52,418 nt of DNA from a virus (taxonomy: Duplodnaviria; Caudoviricetes): IMG/VR virus record IMGVR_UViG_3300023179_000148, positions 1 to 52,418 of that record; one strand, written 5' to 3'. Each line of letters begins with the position of its first letter. Positions within the stretch are counted from its first letter, which is position 1. The notes under the pieces were generated by a model. The model was not told the origin of the DNA and ran no database searches. It worked only from the letters and a program-made list of their open reading frames with translations. This document shows, piece by piece, positions 20,626 to 29,321 of this stretch. The position numbers and the translations under genes were made by a program.

Positions 20626-20655
20626 TTTTTGTTCCTTTCCTAGTTAGTTTGTTTA

Positions 20656-21666
20656 TTACTTTTGTAGCAGTATGTTTCCTATATTTTCTTTTATACTCTC
20701 CCATGAGGGTATATTTTGAATATAAGATTCTTTTTGTTTTTTAGACATCTCTACTCTTTCAATAGGACTCATTTCTTCTATAGCGTTCGGAAGCATTGAC
20801 CATTCTGGACCAATATACGTAGTTAACCTCCAATCAGTAATTGCAGGTACTCCTATGTAAAGCGCTTGAGATAAAGTTGGAAACCACCAAGGATTTCCAG
20901 ATTTATAAACTGAAATCAAAACTCCCATTGAACCAGATATTCTAGCCAATATGTCTTTGTTGCCTTCCCACTTAGTTGCTCTGTAGTTAATTTGCGGGTT
21001 AGATAAAGAAACAGATATTTTACGATACCAATCGGTTTTGGGGTTGTCTATACACCAATAACTTCCATCAACATAGTTATGTATTGGGTTATTAATTTCT
21101 AAAAGATATGCGTCTGGATTAACTAAAAATAATTTTGTTTTATTTATATTAGGTATATATTTAGTAACTACCTCTTCAGTAGACCAAGGATAAGACGGAA
21201 TAATTGTTTTAGGCCAAGCATCGCCATAAAGTTTTCTAGCGCCTTCTACTACGTTTTTATAATTTTTAGGCTCTAAAGCTAACCTGTACTCTCGCTTTTT
21301 AGAGTGAAAATTACCAAAAAAAGATTCTGGTTTTCTATATATGTCTCCTAAACTAAAATACAGTTTGTGAGGATTTATGGTGTCTATAAAAAGAGAAAGA
21401 GTTCCTAGGTCACTAGCGTGATTTATTACGGATAGAGCGCCGTATGCCCTGTGGGAAGCAATACCTGTTGGCTTAGCGATACCCACCAAAATGGCGTCAT
21501 ATTGGGATAAATAATCTTTAGTCATAGTTACTGAAGGATCTTCCCAAGTAACATCAAAACCTAATTCATTTAAAGCACTATTAATATTTCCAGCAAATGA
21601 AGGAATTTTTTCGTTTGTATTTTTAGATGCATGAGAGGCTGTGCATCCTGTAATTAATACCTTCAT
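20656..21666 (-). CDS. Hypothetical protein, possible GT-B-fold glycosyltransferase
   Basis: MKVLITG start, ALNELGFDV, YDAILVG and a C-terminal QALYIGVPAIT pattern typical of GT-B. The function call is tentative. Confidence 0.5.
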   Translation of the reverse strand: MKVLITGCTASHASKNTNEKIPSFAGNINSALNELGFDVTWEDPSVTMTKDYLSQYDAILVGIAKPTGIASHRAYGALSVINHASDLGTLSLFIDTINPHKLYFSLGDIYRKPESFFGNFHSKKREYRLALEPKNYKNVVEGARKLYGDAWPKTIIPSYPWSTEEVVTKYIPNINKTKLFLVNPDAYLLEINNPIHNYVDGSYWCIDNPKTDWYRKISVSLSNPQINYRATKWEGNKDILARISGSMGVLISVYKSGNPWWFPTLSQALYIGVPAITDWRLTTYIGPEWSMLPNAIEEMSPIERVEMSKKQKESYIQNIPSWESIKENIGNILLQK

Positions 21667-21690
21667 ATAAACCTCTTATATCTAAGATGG

Positions 21691-21739
21691 TTACTAGATG
21701 TTGTTGGTAATTCCCCTAAACAACAACAACATCTAGTAA
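21691..21739. repeat. Perfect 16-bp inverted repeat with 17-nt spacer
   Basis: TTACTAGATGTTGTTG (21691-21706) / CAACAACATCTAGTAA (21724-21739). Confidence 0.85.
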
Positions 21740-21754
21740 ACTCTATTTTTTTAT

Positions 21755-22276
21755 TTAGAATGGAGCAGCAGGAGCAGCAGCTGGTGCTGGTGCAGGTGCT
21801 GGTGCTGGAGATGGAGCTGGTGCTGGTGCACTGGCAACTGGAGCAGATACTGCAGAAGTTTGCGCAGCATTTGGGTAATAGTTCTTAATTTCATTCTTTT
21901 TAGAACCATTCCAAGTACGTGTTCCAACTTGAGCACGAAAACGCTTACCAGTAATTACTTGCTCAATTTGAGCATTAGTTGGCGCTGGTTGCTGTAAGAA
22001 GTAATCACGAGGAACACCAAGAGCATGCATCTTTTTAAAAAAGATACCAAGAGCAGCAGGACTATCTGGGGAAACAACTAGGTTGTCCCAAACAAGACGC
22101 TTGTTATGAGCGCCACCTTCAACCTGAGCTTTTACAGAGAACATTGTTTTACCGCTCTGTGTCATTTTATGTGTAGCCTCTAAAACTACAACATCATAAT
22201 CACCGTCTGGAAGCGGATCATAGTTACCTGATTCGCCTGCTTCTTTGATGAGATCACTCCAATTTAGAGTACTCAT
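21755..22276 (-). CDS. DUF669-like single-stranded DNA-binding protein
   Basis: YDPLPDGDYDV, SGKTM, WDNL, NEIK and a flexible tail ending PF; follows the AAA ATPase. Confidence 0.78.
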   Translation of the reverse strand: MSTLNWSDLIKEAGESGNYDPLPDGDYDVVVLEATHKMTQSGKTMFSVKAQVEGGAHNKRLVWDNLVVSPDSPAALGIFFKKMHALGVPRDYFLQQPAPTNAQIEQVITGKRFRAQVGTRTWNGSKKNEIKNYYPNAAQTSAVSAPVASAPAPAPSPAPAPAPAPAAAPAAPF

Positions 22277-22279
22277 TTG

Positions 22280-23059
22280 TTATACCTCTTTCTTTTCTTT
22301 AGTTGTGTTTTCTTGAGTATTTTGCTTAGGTCCAAAAATGGTATTAAGCATTACTTCAATTGATAACTTATCTTGCTCGACTATAGAACCTAGACGACCT
22401 TGTACTCGCTCGCCAGCTTCATAATCGTTTGTTCTTTCCACATACATACGCCTTACTTTATAAGGAGGTTGTAGTGGATCTGGATTTGCCATTTGCTCTA
22501 CTGTCAACGCACCAAGAATGTCGTAAAAATATGGTGCTTGAATTGCTAGTTGACCTTGTAAATATGGACGGTGTCTTCCATCCTGGCTTGTTCTTGACAT
22601 AGCAGTAAGTACAACTGCTTCAAGAGGATTTGTAGCATGCATAGTCAAATCGCGAAGATCACGAAGAAGCCCACCCATGTGACGAAGAAGTTCGCCCCAC
22701 TGCTGCATCTTCATTTGTTCTGTACCTGCGATGCTGTCCATACATTTCACTTGTAGTTCAGAGATTGAATCAATAATCAAACTCTTGAAGTGATGCTTTC
22801 CAAGTTGTAACCACTGATAAACCTTGATAACAGTGTCATAGTCACGAACTGTAACTACAACAGTGTCCCAAGTTCCATCGGCGATTGGTGGTTCCTCACG
22901 AAGAGGATCCCAATACTTAACAACGATAGGTAGGAATCGGTGCCCACCCTCGACGTCAAGCATGAGTCGTGGGTATGGAGCAGTTACAGCAAAAGTAGAT
23001 TTACCTACTTTGCTTTCTCCGTACACCATAACCGTAAGAGAGCGTTGAATCTCACTCAT
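22280..23059 (-). CDS. AAA_24 family ATPase (Sak4-like annealing protein)
   Basis: YGESKVGKST Walker A, LDVEGG and IIDSISE Walker B; nuclease-ATPase-SSB gene order. Confidence 0.82.
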   Translation of the reverse strand: MSEIQRSLTVMVYGESKVGKSTFAVTAPYPRLMLDVEGGHRFLPIVVKYWDPLREEPPIADGTWDTVVVTVRDYDTVIKVYQWLQLGKHHFKSLIIDSISELQVKCMDSIAGTEQMKMQQWGELLRHMGGLLRDLRDLTMHATNPLEAVVLTAMSRTSQDGRHRPYLQGQLAIQAPYFYDILGALTVEQMANPDPLQPPYKVRRMYVERTNDYEAGERVQGRLGSIVEQDKLSIEVMLNTIFGPKQNTQENTTKEKKEV

Positions 23060-23062
23060 ACG

Positions 23063-23989
23063 TCACTCGCCTCCTTTTTTCTCTGTTTCGTAATATGCAT
23101 AAGGATCAGTCTCCTCATACATTTCACTAAGTGCTTGTTCAGCGGCGCTTCCGTCGTCAAACATTGGGCAGATAGTAAAAAATTGGCATTTCCATTTACA
23201 ATCACGACTTGGTTTTGGATAAGCATTAAAAGCATGGCTCTCACCAGCATCTAATGCATGTCTTACTCTCATTAAGTCAGTAATTGTTCCGTGAATTCTA
23301 TTCCAAAAAGAACGTAAAGTAAAAATGTTATGACGAATTTCTACTTGATCATAAAACGGAGGTTTAGCAGCCGCAGTTCTACGAACTTTTTTAAGAAGAG
23401 TAAATATTCCGCCTTCACTTCTTTCTTTTTCATTTGTTTTAGTAGACTCTAAAAGCATATATGTCATAACTTGTTCATTCATGTGAGCCATATTTGCAAA
23501 CTCAGATAAAGAACCTCCTACAGTTTTAAAATCTCTAAACATTCTTACTCCGTCAGCTTTACGACGAACACGCATATCAAGTTTTCCTTGAAGTTCTACT
23601 TCGCCGTTAAACAGTGGAGCAACAATCTGTTCTTCAGTAGATATCATTTCTAATTCAGCATCAATACCATTTTCTTCCACCCATTGCTCATAACCTTCAA
23701 GCATGATACGACCTAACTCTCCTTCTGTTTCAAGATTAGACACATCTCTAAAATCTTGAAGTAAAATTTGTTTATCTTGCTCAATTAGTTCAGCATGTGC
23801 AGTTAATAGTGGAACACCTTTTGCATAGTGAGCATCTAAAGCGGCGTGAATTCTACTTCCCATAGCAAGTGGCCCAGTCATATCTTGATACTTAGGTTTT
23901 AATCCACGATAATAAGTTAGCCACCATCGACGACGACAATCTTTAAATGTTTGTATTTCCGAGTTAGATAGTTTTATGACTCCACTCAT
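23063..23989 (-). CDS. PD-(D/E)XK exonuclease (RecB/Cas4-like)
   Basis: LSNSEI..F..C.RRW, GSRIH, GKLD, DFKT, Q...Y and C-terminal CKWKCQFFTIC. Confidence 0.85.
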   Translation of the reverse strand: MSGVIKLSNSEIQTFKDCRRRWWLTYYRGLKPKYQDMTGPLAMGSRIHAALDAHYAKGVPLLTAHAELIEQDKQILLQDFRDVSNLETEGELGRIMLEGYEQWVEENGIDAELEMISTEEQIVAPLFNGEVELQGKLDMRVRRKADGVRMFRDFKTVGGSLSEFANMAHMNEQVMTYMLLESTKTNEKERSEGGIFTLLKKVRRTAAAKPPFYDQVEIRHNIFTLRSFWNRIHGTITDLMRVRHALDAGESHAFNAYPKPSRDCKWKCQFFTICPMFDDGSAAEQALSEMYEETDPYAYYETEKKGGE

Positions 23990-25785
23990 AGGTTTCCTGT
24001 CTTATCATCTTGTAGTAGTTTTAAAAGTTGATTCTTATCTTTAACAATTTGTTCAAAGTTATCGGCTTTAGTTTCTAAAACTTGAATAACTTTTTCTTCT
24101 ATAGTTCCTTCTGTAACATAGTCAGTGACTACTATAGAATCATGTATTTCACTTCCAATTCTGTGTACGCGATCTAATACTTGCTTGTAATCAATTAAAG
24201 ACCAAGGTCTTTGAAGCATTATTAGACGACGAGCAGCAGTTAGTGTAATTCCAACTCCCCCCGCTTGGGCTGTAAACAGAATCCATTTTATTGCTCCAGA
24301 TTGAAAATCGTCAATAGCCTTCTGACGTTCATCTTCATCTTGCTCTCCTGTAATTAATCCATGGGAAATTTTTTTCTTTGTTAACTCTGCGCTCAGCAGG
24401 TTAATAAGTTGTTTAGAGACGGCGCTTACCGCTACAGAGTCATCTCCAAAATCCCCATTCTCAATATCATCCATCAAAGCATCAATTTTGCATGAAGGAG
24501 CATCTAGTACTGCTTTAGGCTCTCCAGTTACTTCATTAATAGCAATAGTTGCATAAGAACTAGCAAATTGAAGAAGTCTTATTGTTTGAGTTAAAACGCT
24601 AGGAGCTACAAGAGTATCGCCAGACTCAAGTTCAGAGATCATCAAGTCTCTCATCTGCTCGTAGGCTTTTTTCTGCTTAGTGGACATCTCTACATCTCTG
24701 CGCTCTTTTAAAACTGGAGGTAAATTAGGTAGTACAACTTTTTTAAGCATACGTCTCATGTATGGATTTACGCTTTTATAAAACTCATCTTGCATCTGAG
24801 GCTTAACCCCTAAAACCATCATTCCACCAAAAGCGTTAAGCATTACATCAACCATTCGATCAATCCATTTTGTCTTGCTAGGCCAGTCTTTAGGAGAGAT
24901 CCAATGAAGTATTGACCAAAGATCTACAACATTGTTAGCAATAGGTGTTCCAGTTAATGCAAAACGAATTTCAGAAGTACCAGAAGCAGACCAAAGAGCA
25001 CGAGACTGTTTTGACTTAGGATCTTTACTTCTATGAATCTCATCGGCTATTACTGCTTTAAATTTAAAATTATTTAACTCTCTTAAATGAACTTCGCAAC
25101 GGTTCTCGCTAATCTTTTCATCTTGACCACCGCAAGCGCGACATCTTGTCAAAGAAATAGATCCATAAGGAGAAAGTCTTGAGTGAGAACGAAGTGACTC
25201 CCAATTAATAATAAATACTTCTGCTGACTGTTCAAATTGTTTTTTGCGTTGAACAGCAGATCCTTTAATAACTTGAGTCGTTACATCTGGCCACCATTTA
25301 GCAAACTCTCTTGCCCAGTTCTTTTTTAAAGTGTTAGGGCAAACAATAAGAATAGGAAAAACCTCTTCTCCTCTATCGTTTAACTCTTTTAGGGCTCTAA
25401 TAGCCTGAGCAGTCTTACCTAAGCCAGGTTCATCGGCTAGAAGGGCTCTTTTAGCGGTTGCTAGGAAGGCAACTCCTGCTCTTTGATGAGGAAATAGCAC
25501 CTCATCGCCTTCATAAGTCTCTAACTCTCTTAAATTATTAGCTGGGGTAATTCTTGTCTCTAATTGATTGGTTGCCCAGGCTCCTAAAGTAGGCTTTATC
25601 TCTAAATCACTGCGGAAAGTGGAGCGTAGGGCTAGACAGGTTGTCCAACTTAGGGGGACTCTCCAAACCTGCTCAGAAGCGCTCCAGGAGGCTCCTGGAA
25701 GGCTTTTACAGAGTTCTTTATATCGCCAGTCAGCACTTATAAGGATATATTCTCCTTGAGCATCTATATCTACAGATACTGACAC
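23986..25785 (-). CDS. SNF2-family helicase
   Basis: LADEPGLGKT, DEIH, LTGTP, GGVGITL and Q..DRVHRIG motifs. Confidence 0.9.
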   Translation of the reverse strand: MSVSVDIDAQGEYILISADWRYKELCKSLPGASWSASEQVWRVPLSWTTCLALRSTFRSDLEIKPTLGAWATNQLETRITPANNLRELETYEGDEVLFPHQRAGVAFLATAKRALLADEPGLGKTAQAIRALKELNDRGEEVFPILIVCPNTLKKNWAREFAKWWPDVTTQVIKGSAVQRKKQFEQSAEVFIINWESLRSHSRLSPYGSISLTRCRACGGQDEKISENRCEVHLRELNNFKFKAVIADEIHRSKDPKSKQSRALWSASGTSEIRFALTGTPIANNVVDLWSILHWISPKDWPSKTKWIDRMVDVMLNAFGGMMVLGVKPQMQDEFYKSVNPYMRRMLKKVVLPNLPPVLKERRDVEMSTKQKKAYEQMRDLMISELESGDTLVAPSVLTQTIRLLQFASSYATIAINEVTGEPKAVLDAPSCKIDALMDDIENGDFGDDSVAVSAVSKQLINLLSAELTKKKISHGLITGEQDEDERQKAIDDFQSGAIKWILFTAQAGGVGITLTAARRLIMLQRPWSLIDYKQVLDRVHRIGSEIHDSIVVTDYVTEGTIEEKVIQVLETKADNFEQIVKDKNQLLKLLQDDKTGNL

Positions 25786-25846
25786 TTTAACCCCTTACTT
25801 GTATATGGACTAAAATATTTTTTAGATTATTTTTTTCTGTCCATAC

Positions 25847-26326
25847 CTATTTTAGCAGAACTAATGGCTTCCAACCGATCTTAACCAACTTTAAAAGGGC
25901 GTGTCGTATAGCGTCATTTGCATGACCCTCTCCGCCTTTATGCCAAGTGCCTAACTTCTTTAAAGCATCGTTAGGAAACATAGTTTTAGCATCAACAGGG
26001 GATTGAAAAATGATTTTTTCAGGGTCATATTCTTTAGTTCGACACATATGCTTTAAAACCCCTATCTGTTCAAGACTAAATGGTGCTTGTGAGTTTTTTA
26101 CTGTCTGAGCAGTAATAACAAATCGCTCACAAACTACCAAAACATTATCGTAGGACGTAGCCGAAGAAAAAGCAATAGACATAGCCGTGTCTATCCAAGA
26201 AGCAAAAGTTTCTGGATCAACCTCTGCTGACATCTTTACTACTGGAGCCTCTTCTGGCAAGCCAGACCACTCAACTAAACAAACTCCTGTTGCTTTACCA
26301 GGATCTACAGAAATTATATATTTCAT
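25847..26326 (-). CDS. RuvC-like Holliday junction resolvase
   Basis: IISVDPGKATG, VVCERF and HANDAIRH acidic triad. Confidence 0.78.
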   Translation of the reverse strand: MKYIISVDPGKATGVCLVEWSGLPEEAPVVKMSAEVDPETFASWIDTAMSIAFSSATSYDNVLVVCERFVITAQTVKNSQAPFSLEQIGVLKHMCRTKEYDPEKIIFQSPVDAKTMFPNDALKKLGTWHKGGEGHANDAIRHALLKLVKIGWKPLVLLK

Positions 26327-28146
26327 TAGTACTTTTCGCCCCAGTTCTCTAAAGGACCATCTATTCCAGCAGTCAGTGGAACATCCCAGCCTTCAGTAGT
26401 TGTCATACATTCTTGAACTATTTTTTTAAACTCTTCTGCTTGCTCCCTAGGTGCTTGTAAAACAATTTCATCATGAACAGGAACAATAAGGTACTCTGTC
26501 AAGTCCGCTTGGTCAAGTTTTATTAGATTACTTTTAAATATTTCTGCAGCCCCGCCTTGAATTAGATAGTTAATTAACGTGTAAACACGACCTTCATCGC
26601 AAGGAATTTTACGACCAGTCCAAGTGTAAATGTAACCTTGACCTTCATCTCTTTCCCTACGAGCACCTAAATTTTCAATATCTTTTTGGAACTTAATCAT
26701 TCCTGGATAACGTTTATCAAAAGCATCTGATACAGATTTCATCTGAGACTCTAAAACTCCAGCGGTAAGCGCTTGTTTAGCAACTCCAGCCCCATATAAA
26801 CGACCATATACCATTCCTTTAATTAAATTACGTCTTTTATCTGAACGAGTCATTTCTGGCTCTTGATAAACTTCACGACCAATTTCAGTAAAGGGGTCTG
26901 AGCCAGTTGCGTCAGCGCGATTAAAAAGATTAATTAAATTAGGATCTTTAGATAAAGAAGCAAACATACGAAACTCAACTTGATCAAGATCTGAAGTAAT
27001 AATTACGTGATCTTTATCTTTAGGTATAAATGCTCTACGAACAGTGTTATCTCCTTTTGGTAGAGTTTGAAGCGCTGGGTCAGTAATAGACATACGAGAA
27101 GTACGAGCACCTAAGGTCTTTACAGAAGGGTGAACAATGCCATCAATGGACTTGTTTAAGAAGTTAAGAAAGTAGGTGTTTGCCAGTTTATCTGCTTTAC
27201 GCTGTTTAAGGATTGTTTCAGCAAGGTTTTTAACCTCATCATTGCCTTGAATAGTTAGTAGGTGAAGTTGATCCTTACTCGCAGACTTTTGACCAGAAGG
27301 GGTAGTTTCAGTTATCTCTGCGCCAAGTTTTTCAAATAATCTAACTAGTTGAATGTTGCTAGTTATACTAGTTCCAGCGTAAGTTTTAGCGGCCCAATCT
27401 TTTACTGACTCTGTGTAATCAATAAGTTCTTCATATTTACGTTTTGAATACTCTAAATCAACTCTTGCTCCATTTATTTCCATACGAGTAACTATTTTTC
27501 TAGTAGCCATCTCAATTTCATAGGCTTTGTGATAAGGCTGATTAGGACCGCATTTATTGTAAAATTTTTCCCAAAGACGCATTGTTAAAATAGTATCGAG
27601 TGCGCCATAAGACCAGTAAGGCTCAAAGTTTGTGGGAACAGTTCCCCAAGTCCAACCATTTTTTGCTAGGTCAACATCTAACTTATCTTGAAGGTGCGCA
27701 GCATTACCATCTACAAGTCTTGCTGATAAAGGCTTTAACCCGCCAGAACCTAAAGGATCAATAAGATGAGCCATAATCATTGTGTCATGTGCACGATGCC
27801 AAGGAATTTTCCAATTAGATTTAATTGCAAACCATCTTGCTTCAAATGCAATATTGTGGCACACAATAGGTCCATCAAATTTATTCATTGCTTCGTAAAA
27901 AACTCCAGACCATTCTGCCCAAGGAATAGACCAGCCATGCATACCATCACCAACTTGAACCAAACGAAGATCACCATGCCAAGGAGATAAAGCATGATCT
28001 CTAGGTGAACCTAATTTTTCTCCAGTTTCAGTGTCAATTGCAATTGCATTATGAGGACGACGCTGACCTAACCAAGAAATAAATTTATTTGCCTTTTCTA
28101 CAGAATCAACAAGGCTTACTTGAACTCCATCTAATCCGTTTGTCAT
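26326..28146 (-). CDS. polA: Family A DNA polymerase with 3'-5' exonuclease
   Basis: Exonuclease motifs DTET, HN..FE, DTM, Y...D; motif A DLDQVEFR; motif B R...KGMVYGRLYG; motif C VHDE. Confidence 0.95.
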   Translation of the reverse strand: MTNGLDGVQVSLVDSVEKANKFISWLGQRRPHNAIAIDTETGEKLGSPRDHALSPWHGDLRLVQVGDGMHGWSIPWAEWSGVFYEAMNKFDGPIVCHNIAFEARWFAIKSNWKIPWHRAHDTMIMAHLIDPLGSGGLKPLSARLVDGNAAHLQDKLDVDLAKNGWTWGTVPTNFEPYWSYGALDTILTMRLWEKFYNKCGPNQPYHKAYEIEMATRKIVTRMEINGARVDLEYSKRKYEELIDYTESVKDWAAKTYAGTSITSNIQLVRLFEKLGAEITETTPSGQKSASKDQLHLLTIQGNDEVKNLAETILKQRKADKLANTYFLNFLNKSIDGIVHPSVKTLGARTSRMSITDPALQTLPKGDNTVRRAFIPKDKDHVIITSDLDQVEFRMFASLSKDPNLINLFNRADATGSDPFTEIGREVYQEPEMTRSDKRRNLIKGMVYGRLYGAGVAKQALTAGVLESQMKSVSDAFDKRYPGMIKFQKDIENLGARRERDEGQGYIYTWTGRKIPCDEGRVYTLINYLIQGGAAEIFKSNLIKLDQADLTEYLIVPVHDEIVLQAPREQAEEFKKIVQECMTTTEGWDVPLTAGIDGPLENWGEKY

Positions 28147-28183
28147 TTATCCTTCTGTCGTTTTGATTTAGTTTAATTCTTTT

Positions 28184-28654
28184 TTATGGAATTGTCTCTA
28201 CTCTATAGATAAGATCTATATTCTCGTCATTCTTAGCGGCAATGTCTAGAAGTTTCTGAGCAACGTAGGTGAGGTATCTTGCCCCATTCTCGTTATATTT
28301 GTAAAGTGCATCTAATACTGGTTGAGGATTATCACTTACTTGAGCCCAGTAACGATATTTTTCTGGAAAAACAATAGGTAAGGACCTATTAGGAGAGCAC
28401 TCTTCACAAGGAATAGCATCATCTTCAAGGTTTTTAGTAAACTCATCAACTAAATTATATCGATCTACTTTTTCACAGGTTGCTCCGTGATAAATTAAAG
28501 AGACTCCAATACGAGATAGTACATAAGAACCATTTTCAGTTTTGTAAAGAGCAAACTCAATCCAGCGAACAGAGCCTTTACGCCATGAAGAAGATTTACT
28601 TAACAGTTTTCCATTAAACTGTAAAGTTCTAGAACTATCTTTTACCTCAAACAT
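28184..28654 (-). CDS. Hypothetical protein
   Basis: 156 aa; RTLQFNG..L...SS...RW.EFALYKT..G.YVL; His/Cys cluster. Confidence 0.65.
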   Translation of the reverse strand: MFEVKDSSRTLQFNGKLLSKSSSWRKGSVRWIEFALYKTENGSYVLSRIGVSLIYHGATCEKVDRYNLVDEFTKNLEDDAIPCEECSPNRSLPIVFPEKYRYWAQVSDNPQPVLDALYKYNENGARYLTYVAQKLLDIAAKNDENIDLIYRVETIP

Positions 28655-28818
28655 TATGTTTTTTTAGTTTCAGTTTCAGTAATTTTTGCTATTTCCATAA
28701 GTTGAGTTAAGTCAGCGCGAAGAGAAGCAATCTGCCCTTCATAATTTGCAGTTATCTCACCGATACGCTGTTGAAGGGCAATGATCATCAGTTCGTTCTT
28801 TGTCTTTGGAGTGTCCAT
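28654..28818 (-). CDS. Small coiled-coil protein (54 aa, absent from the ORF track)
   Basis: MDTPKTKNELMIIALQQRIGEITANYEGQIASLRADLTQLMEIAKITETETKKT; GGAG upstream; TAATG overlap with the next gene. Confidence 0.7.
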   Translation of the reverse strand: MDTPKTKNELMIIALQQRIGEITANYEGQIASLRADLTQLMEIAKITETETKKT

Positions 28819-28827
28819 GAGGCTATA

Positions 28828-29052
28828 TTACTCCGCCTGAATTGCGTCGTATTGAGCCTGAAGTGCAGCAATTTGCGCCTCAGCTGTACTTATTATCTTG
28901 TTTGATGACGCGACAATACTGGCTTCAGGAGTGTCAGTCGCGTTTTGCTCAACAATGTTAAGTTCAGCGCTGTACTTGTTGATTTTTATACCGCGTATGC
29001 GCGACGCTATGAGGTTTAACTTTTCTTCATTTGTTATATCTGTACTTGGCAT
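28828..29052 (-). CDS. Small coiled-coil protein
   Basis: AAGGA SD; (I/L)TxEEK motif shared with 29085-29312. Confidence 0.6.
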   Translation of the reverse strand: MPSTDITNEEKLNLIASRIRGIKINKYSAELNIVEQNATDTPEASIVASSNKIISTAEAQIAALQAQYDAIQAE

Positions 29053-29084
29053 TATTTTTCCTTTTCTTTTATCTTATGTAAGTA

Positions 29085-29312
29085 TTAACCTATTTGGTCA
29101 ATACCGTTTCTTAAATTGTTAAGAATACCATTAAATACCTCTATTACCTGTTTTTGACGTGCAACCTGATTAATTATAAGCTCTCGTGTTCCAGTTAACA
29201 CCTGAGCGTCAATTTCCTCCTGTGATGGATCTTGAGCATATCTTATTGTCCTTTCTACCTCAAGAATTTTTTCCTCGACTATCTTAATTTTTTCTTCTAT
29301 TGTAAGTATCAT
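29085..29312 (-). CDS. Small coiled-coil protein (possible fibre chaperone)
   Basis: Directly follows the tail fibre-like gene; helical hairpin composition. Confidence 0.6.
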   Translation of the reverse strand: MILTIEEKIKIVEEKILEVERTIRYAQDPSQEEIDAQVLTGTRELIINQVARQKQVIEVFNGILNNLRNGIDQIG

Positions 29313-29321
29313 TTTTTCTTC

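Noticed and set aside
20656-21666. Second SDR epimerase, suggested by the MKVLITG start shared with 15091-16095
   Set aside because: It lacks GxxGxxG and an appropriately placed YxxxK; the similarity covers only the first strand.
23063-23989. Cas4 as evidence of a CRISPR-Cas system
   Set aside because: No other cas genes or array. The nuclease-ATPase-SSB context is the usual phage recombination module.
23986-28146. Inteins or introns in helicase or polymerase
   Set aside because: Lengths and motif spacing are normal, with no splice-junction or homing-endonuclease motifs.
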